Assembly (NCBI GenBank): GCA_050010555.1
Contig: JBEKKV010000004.1
Location: 12,266 to 76,265, forward strand
Length of the DNA stretch: 64,000 nucleotides
Origin: Dehalococcoidia bacterium
GTDB taxonomy: Bacteria; Chloroflexota; Dehalococcoidia; DSTF01; JALHUB01
Direction: 5' to 3'
Shown here: piece by piece, positions 38,983 to 58,294 of the stretch
How positions within the stretch are numbered: position 1 is the stretch's first letter
Layout of the letters: each line of letters starts with the position of its first letter
The notes under the pieces: model-generated
What the model was told of the DNA's origin: nothing
The model's database searches: none
Seen by the model: only the letters and a program-made list of their open reading frames with translations
Translations under genes and position numbers: made by a program

Positions 38983-39659
38983 GCTTCGCTTTCCTCGCTA
39001 GCCCTGATTTCGGTTGTCTCCGGCGGTTGCCCGTTAGTCGGGAGCAGGCGACTCTCCAGCCGCTCGACTCGCTTCTCCAGCGCCCGGATCCGGTCCCATT
39101 CCGGGTCCGGCATCCGCATCACCGTCTCCTCGCCCGGCTCCTGGAAGGCGGCGATGTGTCCCGGCACGCCGACGACGGTAGCGTTGGCGGGAACGTCGGT
39201 GATGACGACGGAGCCGGCGCCTATGCGCGCGTTCTCGCCGATCTCTATCGCGCCTATGACCTCTGCGCCCGCGCCGACGGTGACGTTGTTGCGCAGCGTC
39301 GGGTGGCGTTTCTCCCGCCTGTGGCTGGTGCCGCCCAGCGTCACGCCCTGGTAGAGATGGCAGTCGTCGCCGATCTCCGCCGTCTCGCCGATCACCGTCC
39401 CCATGCCGTGGTCGATGAACAGCCCCTCCCCGATCTTCGCGCCCGGGTGTATCTCGATGCCGGTCAGGAAGCGGCCTGCCGCCGAAACGAGGCGCGGCGC
39501 CAGCGGAACGCGTCGATTGTAAAGCGTGTGCGCCAGGCGGTGGAACTGGCGAGCGTGGAAGCCCGGGTATGCCAGGATAACTTCCAGATTGCTCGTGGCC
39601 GCCGGGTCACTTCGCCTAGCGGTCTGGATATCACGAACTATGCTCTGTAAGACTTTCAT
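38979..39659 (-). CDS. cysE: Serine O-acetyltransferase
   Basis: [38 protein letters not shown]. Confidence 0.95.
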   Translation of the reverse strand: MKVLQSIVRDIQTARRSDPAATSNLEVILAYPGFHARQFHRLAHTLYNRRVPLAPRLVSAAGRFLTGIEIHPGAKIGEGLFIDHGMGTVIGETAEIGDDCHLYQGVTLGGTSHRREKRHPTLRNNVTVGAGAEVIGAIEIGENARIGAGSVVITDVPANATVVGVPGHIAAFQEPGEETVMRMPDPEWDRIRALEKRVERLESRLLPTNGQPPETTEIRASEESEA

Positions 39660-39839
39660 CTTGCCCTCGATTTCGATTCAGAAGATAGGCCCGCGCGTGC
39701 GGGCTGTGCCGCTTTCCGGGCGTCGCTCAGCGCGACCGCCCGCTGCTACAGACGCAGCGACATCTCCTGCCCTTCTGCGAGGGCCGCGGCAGGTCCGGCT
39801 TTCGGACCGATCTTTGTGAGGAATTAGCGTCCACTACCT

Positions 39840-40307
39840 CTACTCTATCAAGGCGACAGCCATCGCGGCAATCCCTTCGCCTCTGCCTATCGCCCCCAGG
39901 CCTTCATGGGTGGTCGCTTTCACGCTTACCCGCGACGTGTCGATCTCCAGCGCGGCGGCGATCGCCTTCCGCATGGATGGGATGTGCGGCGCGAGCTTCG
40001 GCGCCTCAGCAATCACCGTCGCATCGACGTTGCCGACGGCATGGCCGCTCTTGGCTAGCAGCGCCCGCGTTCGCCGGAGCAGCTCCGCGCTGTCGATGTC
40101 TTTGTACGCCGGATCGCCCGGGGGGAAATGCCTGCCGATATCGTCCAGCCCGGCGGCGCCCAGCAGCGCATCGATGACGGCGTGCAGGAGGACGTCGGCG
40201 TCGCTGTGGCCGCTCAGGCCCGGCGACCCTTCGATCCGAACGCCGCCAAGGATGAGCGGCCGCGCTGCGTCGAAGGGGTGGACGTCGTAGCCGATGCCGA
40301 CCCTCAT
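39840..40307 (-). CDS. ispF: 2-C-methyl-D-erythritol 2,4-cyclodiphosphate synthase
   Basis: [46 protein letters not shown]. Confidence 0.97.
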   Translation of the reverse strand: MRVGIGYDVHPFDAARPLILGGVRIEGSPGLSGHSDADVLLHAVIDALLGAAGLDDIGRHFPPGDPAYKDIDSAELLRRTRALLAKSGHAVGNVDATVIAEAPKLAPHIPSMRKAIAAALEIDTSRVSVKATTHEGLGAIGRGEGIAAMAVALIE

Positions 40308-40308
40308 G

Positions 40309-41025
40309 CTACATCCGATGCCACTTCAGAAGCATCTGCGCCAGCACGAGGTCTTCGGGCGTCGTCACTTTGATGTTGTGATATGAGCCCATGAAGACCT
40401 TGACCTCGTAGCCCATGCGCTCGACGAGAGCGGCGTCATCGTTGGCGAAGGTCCGGCCGTCCGCCTTGCGGTGCGCCTCCATCAGCAAGTCGTAGCGGAA
40501 GACCTGCGGCGTCTGGATCAGCCAGAGACCGTTGCGCTCCAGGCTCTTTTCGACGATCTGGCGCTCATTGACGAGCTTGAGCGTGTCGTGGACGGGAACC
40601 GCGCAGGTAGCGGCGCCGGTCTGACGCGCCGCTGCCAGCCCCTGCTCGATGAGCTTCGTCGTGACCAGCGGGCGCGCGCCGTCGTGCACTATCACCCACT
40701 CGCAGGGACCGAGGGCCTCCAGCCCGGCGCGGACCGACTGCTGCCGCTCCTCGCCGCCGAAGCAGATCTCCGTAACCTTGCCGAAGTGCGCGCCCTTGAT
40801 GAGCGACAGCCCGAGCTTCTGCCTGTCCGACGAGAGCACGAGCGCGATCTTGTCTACCGCCGAGCAGAATTGGAACATGGAGACGGTGTGGGCCAGCAAT
40901 GGCCTGCCGCCAACGGAGACCCATATCTTGTCGCCGCCGCCCATGCGCAGGCTTCGACCGGCCGCCACGATTATGGCGCCGACCCCCCTCTTCGTCCGTA
41001 CCGCGGCCTCGGCATCGTCAGGCAT
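40309..41025 (-). CDS. ispD: 2-C-methyl-D-erythritol 4-phosphate cytidylyltransferase
   Basis: [34 protein letters not shown]. Confidence 0.96.
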   Translation of the reverse strand: MPDDAEAAVRTKRGVGAIIVAAGRSLRMGGGDKIWVSVGGRPLLAHTVSMFQFCSAVDKIALVLSSDRQKLGLSLIKGAHFGKVTEICFGGEERQQSVRAGLEALGPCEWVIVHDGARPLVTTKLIEQGLAAARQTGAATCAVPVHDTLKLVNERQIVEKSLERNGLWLIQTPQVFRYDLLMEAHRKADGRTFANDDAALVERMGYEVKVFMGSYHNIKVTTPEDLVLAQMLLKWHRM

Positions 41026-41034
41026 GCTTCAAGC

Positions 41035-42093
41035 TTACCCCTTCGGCTGCGCGAAGATCATCCGTCCCGCTACGGTCTGCAACACGCGCGTGACGGTGAT
41101 CTCGATCTCCTCGTTCAAACGGCGGCGTCCGCCTTCCACCACTACCATCGTCCCATCTTCTAGAAAGCCTACTCCCTGGCCAAGTTCCTTGCCTTCCTGG
41201 ATAACGCGGACCACCATCTCTTCGCCCGGGAGGACGATGGACTTGACGGCGTTGGCAAGCTGGTTGACGTTCAACACCGAGACGCCCTCTATCTCCGCCA
41301 CCCGATTCAGATTGAAGTCGTTGGTGATGATCGGGCAGCCAAGAATCGAAGCCATGCGAACCAGCTTGCTATCGACCTCCGGCACGTCCTCGAAATCCCT
41401 GTCTGTGATCTCTATCGGTACGGGCGACTCCTTCTGAAGACGGTTCAGCACCTCTAAGCCGCGACGCCCCCGATTACGTCGAAGAGCGTCCGGCGAGTCG
41501 GCGATGTGGCGCAACTCATCGAGGACGAAGCGCGGCAAAACGAGCGACCCCTGGATGAAGCCGGCCTCCGAGACGTCGGCGATGCGGCCGTCGATGATGG
41601 CGCTCGTGTCCACCAGGAAGCGCTGCCCCTTGCTCCAACTCCTGCTGCCGTAGCCGTTACCGCCGTTCTTTGGCCGGCTGCTCATCAGCGCCGTCAGCTC
41701 GTCGGCGCGGCCGGCAAACAGCAGCAGACCACCGCCGCCGGCGATGAAGGCGGTAACCAGCGGCGCAATCCAACCGGCCGGATCAGGCAGGCGCGAGAGG
41801 GCGGGCACCAGCAACACAGACACGATGAGACCGGAGGTCAGGCCCAGCGTCGCCAAGCCGATCTGCGGCAACGAAAGACGCCTTAGATAGCGTCGCATTC
41901 TCTCCACCGGCGCAAGGAAGATGATAGGGAATATGCCTGCCCCAAGAATCGCCCCCACCACGAGAAAGATTGCCACGAACGCCGGCTTCGTCGAACCGCT
42001 CTCCCCCGCGGTCGCGAGCCAGCCCAGCCCGAAGCCGGCCCCACCGAGGAGAAGAGCTCCCACTCCACATAAGAGCACTTTCATACCGACCAC
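41035..42093 (-). CDS. PIN/TRAM-domain membrane protein (YacL family)
   Basis: N-terminal TMs, DTSAIIDGRI, RGRRGL..L, TND.NL, GVGFL.DGTMVVVE; yacL-ispD-ispF synteny. Confidence 0.92.
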   Translation of the reverse strand: MVGMKVLLCGVGALLLGGAGFGLGWLATAGESGSTKPAFVAIFLVVGAILGAGIFPIIFLAPVERMRRYLRRLSLPQIGLATLGLTSGLIVSVLLVPALSRLPDPAGWIAPLVTAFIAGGGGLLLFAGRADELTALMSSRPKNGGNGYGSRSWSKGQRFLVDTSAIIDGRIADVSEAGFIQGSLVLPRFVLDELRHIADSPDALRRNRGRRGLEVLNRLQKESPVPIEITDRDFEDVPEVDSKLVRMASILGCPIITNDFNLNRVAEIEGVSVLNVNQLANAVKSIVLPGEEMVVRVIQEGKELGQGVGFLEDGTMVVVEGGRRRLNEEIEITVTRVLQTVAGRMIFAQPKG

Positions 42094-42371
42094 TCCCTTC
42101 CCAGGAGAAAACGAAAAGAGCGCAGCTCAGCACGCTCTTTACAGAAGCCAAGACCCTTCCGACCCAAGGGCAGGCGGGATAGCCTGGGGCGAACAACATC
42201 GGACCCGGCCTACTAAGTCTTACGTCCTACAAGATTGATGATAGCAGGCGCAGCAACACGCCGTAAAGCAAGGATTTCCCCTATTCCTGCGGGTAGAGGA
42301 CTCGAAATTGCGGGCGCGACGGCGCTTCGGGTATGATCTCCATAAGCTTCGCAATCGCCGGAAAGGCCCCT

Positions 42372-44219
42372 ATGCCGGACTTCGATTCCGTCCTCAAGAA
42401 CGTCAGCCGCCCCGCCCGTTACGCCGGCGGAGAGTGGAACGCCGTCGTCAAGGACTGGAGCGCCACGCCCGTGCGCCTGGCCCTTGCCTACCCCGACGTC
42501 TACGAGATCGGCATGTCGAACCTGGGCATCGCCATCCTGTACGACATCCTCAACAGCCAACCTGACGTGCTGGCCGAGCGCGTCTGTGCGCCCTGGCCGG
42601 ACATGGAGAAGGAGTTGCGGACGCGCGGCCTTCCCCTCTTTAGCCTGGAAACGCGTCATCCGCTGGCGGAGTTCGACGCCATCGGCTTCTCGCTCGGCTA
42701 CGAGCTCACCTTCACCAACGTGCTCAACATGCTCGACCTCGCCGGCCTGCGGCTGCGCAGCGCCGACCGAACCTCGGAGCATCCGCTGGTGCTCGCCGGC
42801 GGGACGGCTGCCCTCAATCCGGAACCGCTGTCCGCCTTCATCGATGCATTTGTGCTCGGCGAGGGCGAAGAGGCCGTGCTCGAAATCGCCGAAGTCTTGC
42901 GACAGGAGAAGGCGTCGGGAGGCAAGCAGCGGGCGGACGTTCTCCGGGAGCTTTCGCAGATTCCGGGCGTCTACGTCCCCGGCCTCTACGACGTTGCCTA
43001 CAATAGCGACGGCACGGTGGCGGAGATTCGACCGCGGGAAGGCGCGCCAGCAAAGGTGAGGCGCCGCTTCCTGGAGCGACTCTCGCCGCCGCTGCTACGA
43101 CCCATCGTCCCTTTCATGCAGACGGTGCACGACCGCGCCGCCGTCGAGATCCAGCGCGGCTGCGTGCGCGGCTGCCGCTTCTGTCAGGCGGGCGTCATCT
43201 ACCGGCCGCGTCGGGAGCGGTCCTGCGACGAGGTGCTCGACGCCGCGCGCGCCCTCCTCGCCGCCACGGGCTACGATGAGCTCGGCCTGCTCTCCCTCAA
43301 CACCGCCGATCACTCGGAGATCGGCCCGATAGTCGAAGCGCTGCGCCGTGAATTCGGCGAGCGCCTCGCCATCGCCTTGCCCAGCCTGCGCGTCGACAGC
43401 TTCTCGGTGCGCCTCGCGGCGTCGGCTTCGGGCCCGGGGCGTCGCAACATCACTTTCGCGCCGGAAGCAGGCAGCCAGCGGCTGCGCAACGTCATAAACA
43501 AGCCGACAACGGACGCCGATCTCCTGCAGGCGGCGGAGACGGCGTTCGAGCACGGCTGGACGAGCCTGAAGCTGTACTTCATGGTCGGCCTGCCGACGGA
43601 GACGCTGGAGGACGCGCAGGGCATCGTCGACCTGGCGGCCGCGGTGCGCGACGCGGGCCGACGGCGGCACGGCGGCCGAGCCCAGGTGAAGGTAAGCACG
43701 TCTATCTTCGTCCCCAAGCCGCACACGCCCTTCCAGTGGGCGCCGCAGATGCCCGCCGACGAAATCGAAGCGCGCCACGACCTGCTGCGACGCGGCCTCA
43801 AGCGCATCGGCGTCGCCTTCACCTGGAACGACCCGAAGCAAAGCCTTATCGAGGCGATGCTGTCGCGCGGTGACCGGCGTCTGGGCACAGTCATCGAGAG
43901 CGCCTGGCGGCACGGCGCCCGCTTCGACGCTTGGAACGAGCTGCTGAACGTGGGCGCCTGGCAGTCGGCGCTGGCGGAGTCGGGGCTATCGGCCGAGTCC
44001 TACGCCCGGCGTCAACGCGATGAGTTCGAGGTGTTGCCCTGGTCGCACATCGATAGCGGCGTCAGCGAGGCGTTCCTGCGGGGCGAGTGGCGCAAGGCGC
44101 TCAGCGTTGAGACGACGCCGGATTGCCGCGTGGAGGGCTGCAACGTTTGCGGCCTGCAGGCGTACTCGGAGGCGTGCGCGGAGCGGTTGGCGGTGGTGAG
44201 GAGCACGACGAGACGCTAA
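42372..44219 (+). CDS. B12-binding radical SAM protein (TIGR03960-like)
   Basis: PARY.GGE.N, YPD.YEIGMSNLG, RGCVRGCRFCQAG, TFAPEAGS.RLR, KLYFMVGLPTE, C-terminal C...C..CG. Confidence 0.9.
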   Translation: MPDFDSVLKNVSRPARYAGGEWNAVVKDWSATPVRLALAYPDVYEIGMSNLGIAILYDILNSQPDVLAERVCAPWPDMEKELRTRGLPLFSLETRHPLAEFDAIGFSLGYELTFTNVLNMLDLAGLRLRSADRTSEHPLVLAGGTAALNPEPLSAFIDAFVLGEGEEAVLEIAEVLRQEKASGGKQRADVLRELSQIPGVYVPGLYDVAYNSDGTVAEIRPREGAPAKVRRRFLERLSPPLLRPIVPFMQTVHDRAAVEIQRGCVRGCRFCQAGVIYRPRRERSCDEVLDAARALLAATGYDELGLLSLNTADHSEIGPIVEALRREFGERLAIALPSLRVDSFSVRLAASASGPGRRNITFAPEAGSQRLRNVINKPTTDADLLQAAETAFEHGWTSLKLYFMVGLPTETLEDAQGIVDLAAAVRDAGRRRHGGRAQVKVSTSIFVPKPHTPFQWAPQMPADEIEARHDLLRRGLKRIGVAFTWNDPKQSLIEAMLSRGDRRLGTVIESAWRHGARFDAWNELLNVGAWQSALAESGLSAESYARRQRDEFEVLPWSHIDSGVSEAFLRGEWRKALSVETTPDCRVEGCNVCGLQAYSEACAERLAVVRSTTRR

Positions 44220-44234
44220 CCCATCGCGGGCAGG

Positions 44235-44259
44235 AAAAAGCCCCGGGATTCCGGGGCTC
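44235..44259 (-). terminator. Intrinsic terminator of rpoC
   Basis: AGCCCCGG-AATC-CCGGGGCT followed by TTTT on the minus strand, between convergent genes. Confidence 0.8.
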
Positions 44260-44284
44260 TCTCGCATTGAAATGAATTTGCCGG

Positions 44285-52541
<8,257 letters not shown>

Positions 52542-52669
52542 ATTAGTCTCTCCTCAAGAGCCTTTAAGTCCGCAGTCTCTTGTGGTCAAAGGGCGGAAAC
52601 TACCATAAGTCCTTTTTCTGGGGAAAAAGACGACAAAGGGGGTTCTTCTGTCTATTTGCAACCAGGTTC

Positions 52670-52699
52670 AGTATAGCAGAGCTGGAAGCGCCGAGTCAA
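52670..52699 (-). promoter_or_regulatory. Promoter of rpoBC
   Basis: TTGACT-N18-TATACT with an extended -10 TG. Confidence 0.65.
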
Positions 52700-52817
52700 C
52701 CGTTAAATATACAGTCTTCCCCCCGATACCGCAATCCCCACCCCCTATTTTTGGCCCCGTCTCGCCGCCGGGCCGCGCGCCTGCTAGAATCAAGCAACGT
52801 CTTTGTAGAAGGACCGC

Positions 52818-53357
52818 ATGGACGCATCGACAGAGCCCGCCAAGAAGTCCCTCGTCCTCCTCTTCACCGGCGACGGCAAGGGGAAAACTACGGCCGCCCT
52901 CGGCGTCCTCCTGCGCGCCTGGGGAAGAGACCTGCGCGTCACGATGCTGTCGTTCATCAAGGCGGCGGACGGCGACTACGGCGAACAGCGCGCCGCCCGA
53001 AAGCTGGGCATCGAGATCAGCGCGGTCGGGCGCGGCTTCACCTGGCTCTCCGACGACATCGAAAAGGACCGCGCGATGGCGCTGGACGGCTGGCGGCAGG
53101 CGCGGGAGAAGATAGCCGCCGGCTCGTACGACGTCGTGGTGCTCGACGAGCTGACCTACCCCATCGCGCTGGGCTGGCTCTCCGTCGACGAGGTCGTCGA
53201 CGCGCTGGGGCGGAGGCCCGAGGGCGTCCACGTCATCATCACCGGCCGAAAAGCGCCGGAGCGTCTCATCGCCTTCGCCGACCTGGTGACGGAGATGCGG
53301 GAGGTCAAGCACCCCTTCCAGCAGGGCAGCGAAGCGGTCGCGGGAATCGATTTCTAG
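52818..53357 (+). CDS. cobO: Cob(I)alamin/corrinoid adenosyltransferase (CobO/BtuR)
   Basis: TGDGKGKTTAALG, FIK, G.GFTW, VVLDE, TGR.AP, ADLVTEM..VKHPF..G...GIDF. Confidence 0.93.
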   Translation: MDASTEPAKKSLVLLFTGDGKGKTTAALGVLLRAWGRDLRVTMLSFIKAADGDYGEQRAARKLGIEISAVGRGFTWLSDDIEKDRAMALDGWRQAREKIAAGSYDVVVLDELTYPIALGWLSVDEVVDALGRRPEGVHVIITGRKAPERLIAFADLVTEMREVKHPFQQGSEAVAGIDF

Positions 53358-53399
53358 CACTTTCGAACGACCCTGGCGTTCCGTCTGATGACCGGCGAC

Positions 53400-53435
53400 G
53401 CTATGAAGCGACGGGGCGGGCCGTCGCTTCATAGC
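53400..53435. terminator. Hairpin between convergent cobO and htrA
   Basis: Perfect 15-bp stem GCTATGAAGCGACGG/CCGTCGCTTCATAGC. Confidence 0.7.
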
Positions 53436-53460
53436 ACCGAGAAGGGGGATCAAAGAATCG

Positions 53461-54645
53461 CTAGGAGCTCCACTGAGCCAACGTCACGTCGATATCCTTC
53501 TTGTCGCCGTTCCGCAGGATGTGCAACGTTACCTTGTCGCCAGGCTGCTTCCCGTCGATGTAGTTGACCAGGTCATCGAACGTGTTCGTCGTCACGCTGT
53601 CCACGCCGGTAATGACGTCACCGCCGGGCGGCACCGACAGCGAATTCGACGAGGACTGAGAAGCGCCCTGAACGCCCGCGGCGGCCGCAGGCCCGCTGGA
53701 GTCGACTGTCACCACGTAGACGCCCTGCGTCACCGGCAGGTCCAACTGCTTCGACAGCGAGACGGTAACCGACTGGCCGGAAATGCCCAGCCGCGCGTGC
53801 TGCACCGTCTTGCCACCCTCCAACTGCGGCAGCGCTTGCTTTGCCGCATTGACCGGAATGGCGTAGCCGACGCCGGCGAACGTTCCCGACCCGCTGGGGT
53901 TCTCAATGGCGGTGTCGATGCCGATCACTTCGCCGTTCATGTTCACGAGCGGCCCGCCGGAGTTGCCCGGGTTGATGGCGGCGTCCGTCTGGATGAGCGC
54001 TCGCAGCGGCATGTTCTGCTGCTCCGCGAGAGTTCGGTCCAGACCGCTGACGATCCCCTCCGTAACGGTACCGTCGAGGCCGAAGGGGTTGCCGATGGCG
54101 ATGACGCTCTCACCGATGCGGATCTGGTCGGAATCGCCCAGCGTGGCCGGACTGAGCGTGACGCCGGGGGAGCCGGAGAAGTCCGCCTTGATGACCGCCA
54201 GGTCGCCGGTCGGGTCCGTGCCGACGACCGTGGCTGACGCGCTGGTCTGGTCGAAGAGCGTTACCGTCAGTTGGTTGGCGCCCTCGACGACGTGGTAGTT
54301 CGTCAGGATGTCGCCGCTGGTATCGAGAATGATGCCCGAGCCCAGCCCTTGCGTCGGCTGCGTGCCGAAAACACTTTGCGTAGCCCCGACGCTCGCGACG
54401 TCCACGACGGAAGGCCGTACTTTGTCATACAGATCGGGAATCGCGCTTTCGTCTCCGCCCGCGCTTCCGCCTGGCGCCGGCGTGCTCGTCGCCTGCGATC
54501 CGGTCGACGACGTGGTCGGTGATGTCGTCTGCTGCGCGCTGGTACTGTCGGAGCCGCAGGCGACCATCGCCGACGCCAGCAACGCCATCAGCCCAAGGAT
54601 TACGATGCCCAGGAGCGCACGGCTCCCACGAGTCATGCTGTGCAT
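53461..54645 (-). CDS. HtrA/DegP-like serine protease with PDZ domain (lipoprotein)
   Basis: Lipobox MVAC, GSG, LTNYHVV, DLAV, IQTDAAINPGNSGGPL, PDZ; AGGAGG RBS before ATG 54645. Confidence 0.94.
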   Translation of the reverse strand: MHSMTRGSRALLGIVILGLMALLASAMVACGSDSTSAQQTTSPTTSSTGSQATSTPAPGGSAGGDESAIPDLYDKVRPSVVDVASVGATQSVFGTQPTQGLGSGIILDTSGDILTNYHVVEGANQLTVTLFDQTSASATVVGTDPTGDLAVIKADFSGSPGVTLSPATLGDSDQIRIGESVIAIGNPFGLDGTVTEGIVSGLDRTLAEQQNMPLRALIQTDAAINPGNSGGPLVNMNGEVIGIDTAIENPSGSGTFAGVGYAIPVNAAKQALPQLEGGKTVQHARLGISGQSVTVSLSKQLDLPVTQGVYVVTVDSSGPAAAAGVQGASQSSSNSLSVPPGGDVITGVDSVTTNTFDDLVNYIDGKQPGDKVTLHILRNGDKKDIDVTLAQWSS

Positions 54646-54778
54646 TGTTCTAGCCTCCTCAGGATAGACGAAATGTTCGATTTCACCTTCTATATAATCT
54701 GTCGCCAATCCTTAAATCTTGGCCGCAGAATGATTAGAAAAGTGTTACAGGCAGCAAAACTGTGTGAAATGGAAGGCG

Positions 54779-55573
54779 TCAACGAGGTCTGCGGTATTCG
54801 ATGCGTCGCTGGAGGACCTGTTCGATCTGGATGCTCACCTCCTCCACCATCGCCGTGGCCACCCGCGACATGAGGAGCGCGCGCAGCCCTCGACGCGGTC
54901 GCACGTAGCGGACGCGGCGCGGCGCGTGGCTCACCTCCGCCGCCAGGTCGATGGCCGAATCGAGGTCACCCAACTCGTCGACCAGTCCCGCCTCCTTGCC
55001 CTTGACGGCCGTGAAGACCTCGCCTGTCGCCAGCGAGCGGACCTGCTCTACCGGCAGCTTGCGTCCGTCGGCGACGATGCGGACGAACTGCTCGTAGAAC
55101 TCGTCCAGCAGCGCTTGCTCGCGTTCTCGCTCCTCCTCCGTCGACTCACGGAACGGCGACCACATGTCCTTCAAGCGGCCGGACTTCGTCACCGACACGC
55201 GCACGCCGATCTTGTCGAGCATATCGTACACGAGCGGTCGAATGGAGATGACGCCTATGGAGCCGACGATCGCCGTCGGCAGCGCGACGATCTTGCTGGA
55301 GGCGCAGCCGACCATGTAGCCGCCAGAAGCCGCCGTCCCCCGCACGAAAGCGATGACCGGTTTCTTCTCGACCAGCTTCTTGACCGACCGATGGAGGTAC
55401 TCGGAGGCAGCCACCGTGCCGCCGCCGGAATCGATATCGACGACGACGGCGCGGGTGCTATCGTTCTCGCGCAGCGATTGGAGAAGGCGAATCTGCTCGG
55501 CGGTGCGTTGCGGCTGGCCGAGCATCCCGTAAAGCTCGATGACGGCGATCCGTGGAGACGAGAACAAAGTCAT
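54779..55573 (-). CDS. sppA: Signal peptide peptidase SppA (S49, short form)
   Basis: IDSGGG, AASGGY, VGSIGV, KSG..KD, GLVDELG. Confidence 0.92.
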   Translation of the reverse strand: MTLFSSPRIAVIELYGMLGQPQRTAEQIRLLQSLRENDSTRAVVVDIDSGGGTVAASEYLHRSVKKLVEKKPVIAFVRGTAASGGYMVGCASSKIVALPTAIVGSIGVISIRPLVYDMLDKIGVRVSVTKSGRLKDMWSPFRESTEEEREREQALLDEFYEQFVRIVADGRKLPVEQVRSLATGEVFTAVKGKEAGLVDELGDLDSAIDLAAEVSHAPRRVRYVRPRRGLRALLMSRVATAMVEEVSIQIEQVLQRRIEYRRPR

Positions 55574-55761
55574 CAGCGTCTTCCCTGCGCTTGGGTGTCC
55601 GCGGCGTCTTGCCGCCCGCCCTTCAACTGTAGACTACCAGACGCGCGGCCAGTTGTCACGCCTACGGGCGCGCGCCTTTTGGGCAGACGCCGCGCCGCGC
55701 GTTGTGCCATCTGAGCCCGAATGATAGGATCATCAGGCTAATATCGCCCCGGAGTGTCGAC

Positions 55762-56655
55762 TTGCCTCCTTCGAAAGTGCTCCTCCGCCTGCCGGCCACG
55801 TCGGCAAACCTCGGGCCCGGCTTCGACTGCCTGGGTCTCGCCCTCGACCTGTGGTCCGCGGCGACGCTCCAGTCGCATGACGGCGACATCGAGCAGCCGG
55901 ACGACTCGCTTCCTCGCATGGCGCTCGCCGCCGCTGACGCCTTCTTCGAGGCAACCGGCGCCAGGCGACCCGGCGGTCTCTCTTTCGACTGGCGCAACGG
56001 CTTCCCGCTGGCGAGAGGTTTGGGCGCAAGCGCCGCCGTCCGCGCAGCCGCCCTCCTGGGAGCAAACGCCCTGGCGGGCAATCCCCTCGGCGTCGAAGAG
56101 ATGCTTCCCATCGGCGCCGAACTCGAAGGCCATGCCGACAACATTGCGCCGACGCTCCTCGGCGGGCTGCAGGTCGCCGTCTGGGCGGACGGGGGACGCG
56201 TCGTTCATGCGCCCGTGCCGGTGCCCGAGAACCTGCGCGTCGTCCTCCTCGTGCCCGAGCAGCCGATGCCGACGCCGGAGAGCCGTCGCCTTCTGGAAGC
56301 GCAGGTCTCGCGGGAGGACGCCATTCACAACGTCGGCCGCGCCTCTCTGCTGGTCGCAGCGCTCGCCTCCGGACGCCTCGAGCTGCTGGCGACCGCCTGT
56401 GAAGACCGTCTCCACCAGCCCGCGCGCGCGCAGCTCCTGCCGGCGATGAACGCGATTATCGCCGCTGCCTGCGAAGCCGGCGCGCTCTGCTCCTACCTCT
56501 CCGGCGGCGGGTCGACGATTGCCGCCTGGACATTGCACAATGAGAAAGCGATTGCCCGGGCGATGCTTCAGGCCGCCCTCTCGGCGAACTGCCCGGGCGA
56601 GACGATAATTACAACGCCCAGCGCGAAGGGCGCCCAGGTGCTGACGACCGAATAG
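55762..56655 (+). CDS. thrB: Homoserine kinase
   Basis: [43 protein letters not shown]; start uncertain. Confidence 0.93.
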   Translation: MPPSKVLLRLPATSANLGPGFDCLGLALDLWSAATLQSHDGDIEQPDDSLPRMALAAADAFFEATGARRPGGLSFDWRNGFPLARGLGASAAVRAAALLGANALAGNPLGVEEMLPIGAELEGHADNIAPTLLGGLQVAVWADGGRVVHAPVPVPENLRVVLLVPEQPMPTPESRRLLEAQVSREDAIHNVGRASLLVAALASGRLELLATACEDRLHQPARAQLLPAMNAIIAAACEAGALCSYLSGGGSTIAAWTLHNEKAIARAMLQAALSANCPGETIITTPSAKGAQVLTTE

Positions 56656-56666
56656 GCAGGCCCAAG

Positions 56667-57893
56667 ATGGGAATCATCGTCCAGAAGTACGGCGGCAGCT
56701 CCCTCGCCGACGCCGACAAGATCAAGAACGTCGCCAGGCGCGTCGCGGCCCGCGAGAAGCAGGGCAACGAGATGGTGGTGGTCGTCTCGGCGATGGGCAA
56801 GACGACGGACCAGCTAATCGACCTGGCCCACCAGCTCAGCGACTCGCCGGAGGACCGCGAGATGGACGTCCTCATGTCCACCGGCGAGACGGTCTCCAGC
56901 ACGCTGATGGTGATGGCCCTCCACGCCCTGGGCCAGGACGCCATCAGCCTCAGCGGTGGCCAGGCTGGCATCCGCACCGACACGGTCCATCGCAAGGCGC
57001 GTATCCTGGCAATCGACCCGCAGCGCATGCACCGCGAGCTCGACGAAGGGCGCATCGTCATCGTCGCCGGCTTCCAGGGGCTGACGCAGGACGCCGACGG
57101 CGACATCACGACGCTCGGCCGCGGCGGCTCCGACACCACCGCCGTCGCTCTGGCCGCCGCCCTCAGCGCCGACGCCTGCGAGATCTACACGGATGTCGAG
57201 GGCGTCTACACCGCCGACCCGCGCATCGTCCCCGAGGCGCGCAAGCTCAACGAGATCAGCTACGACGAGATGCTGGAGCTTGCCAGCGTGGGCGCCAAGG
57301 TCATGCACTCCCGCGCCGTCGAAGTCGGCGGCGTCTATAACATCCCGATACTTGTCGCCTCCAGCTTCAAGGAGGCGAGCGGCACGCTGATTCACGGAGG
57401 CGTCTCGATGGAGCAGTTCAAGAAAGTGCGCGGCATTGCCCACGACCTCGACGTGGCGAAGGTCACCGTCCGGCACGTCCCCGACCAGCCCGGCATAGCG
57501 GCGAAGGTCTTCGAGCCGCTCACGGACGCCCACGTCTCCGTCGACACCATCGTCCAGAACGCCAGCGAGGAGAAGCTGACCGACCTCACGTTCACGGTCT
57601 CCCGCACCGACCTGAAGCGCGCCCTGACCGTCATCGAGGCGACCGCGAAGGCGATAGGTGCCCGCCAGGTCGTCAGCGACGAGAAACTGGGCAAGGTAAG
57701 CATCGTCGGCACGGGAATGCAGAGCGCGCCGGGCTACGCCTCGCGCATGTTCCGCACCCTCTCCGACGAAGGCATCAACATCGAGATGATCTCGACGAGC
57801 GAGATCCGCATCACCTGCATCATCGAAGAGGCGCGCGTGAAGGACGCCGTGAAGGCGCTGCACAAGGCCTTCGCCCTGGACGTCGCCGAATAG
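56667..57893 (+). CDS. lysC: Aspartate kinase
   Basis: [31 protein letters not shown], two ACT domains. Confidence 0.96.
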   Translation: MGIIVQKYGGSSLADADKIKNVARRVAAREKQGNEMVVVVSAMGKTTDQLIDLAHQLSDSPEDREMDVLMSTGETVSSTLMVMALHALGQDAISLSGGQAGIRTDTVHRKARILAIDPQRMHRELDEGRIVIVAGFQGLTQDADGDITTLGRGGSDTTAVALAAALSADACEIYTDVEGVYTADPRIVPEARKLNEISYDEMLELASVGAKVMHSRAVEVGGVYNIPILVASSFKEASGTLIHGGVSMEQFKKVRGIAHDLDVAKVTVRHVPDQPGIAAKVFEPLTDAHVSVDTIVQNASEEKLTDLTFTVSRTDLKRALTVIEATAKAIGARQVVSDEKLGKVSIVGTGMQSAPGYASRMFRTLSDEGINIEMISTSEIRITCIIEEARVKDAVKALHKAFALDVAE

Positions 57894-57918
57894 ACCGAAG
57901 CTTGCGGGAAATCGAATC

Positions 57919-57942
57919 GTAGGGGAGGACTTCAGCCCTCCT
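57919..57942 (+). repeat. REP-like GTAG palindrome
   Basis: GTAGGGGAGGACTTCAGCCCTCCT: GTAG tetranucleotide followed by an imperfect hairpin. Confidence 0.45.
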
Positions 57943-57952
57943 GCGTGGCGAC

Positions 57953-57982
57953 AAAAAGAGAGGCGTCGCGAAGACGCCTCTC
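57953..57982 (-). terminator. Intrinsic terminator of nfu gene
   Basis: GAGAGGCGTC-TTCGC-GACGCCTCTC followed by TTTTT on the minus strand. Confidence 0.8.
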
Positions 57983-58003
57983 ATCGTTATCCAGGTCGCA
58001 GCG

Positions 58004-58294
58004 CTATTCCGGCTCGAACCCCGGCCAGCCCGTCGTATCGACGTTCACCGCCTCGACGCCGGCAAGCTCCGGCACCTCCTCGGCGAGAACGCGCTCGATG
58101 CCGAGCTTCAGGGTAATGCTGGCCATCGGACAGCCGCCGCAGGCGCCCGTCAGCTCCAAACGGGCGATCTTCTCCGGCGTCACATCCAGCAGATTAACGT
58201 CGCCGCCGTGGGCCTGCAGCGACGGACGGATTGCGTCCAGAATCTCCTGGACCCTGTCGAACAACTCGTGGTCGGTCGTCGTATTCTCTAGCAT
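58004..58294 (-). CDS. NifU/NfuA-like Fe-S cluster carrier
   Basis: IRP.LQAHGGDV.L, L.GACGGCP.AS.TLK.GIER.L. Confidence 0.92.
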   Translation of the reverse strand: MLENTTTDHELFDRVQEILDAIRPSLQAHGGDVNLLDVTPEKIARLELTGACGGCPMASITLKLGIERVLAEEVPELAGVEAVNVDTTGWPGFEPE

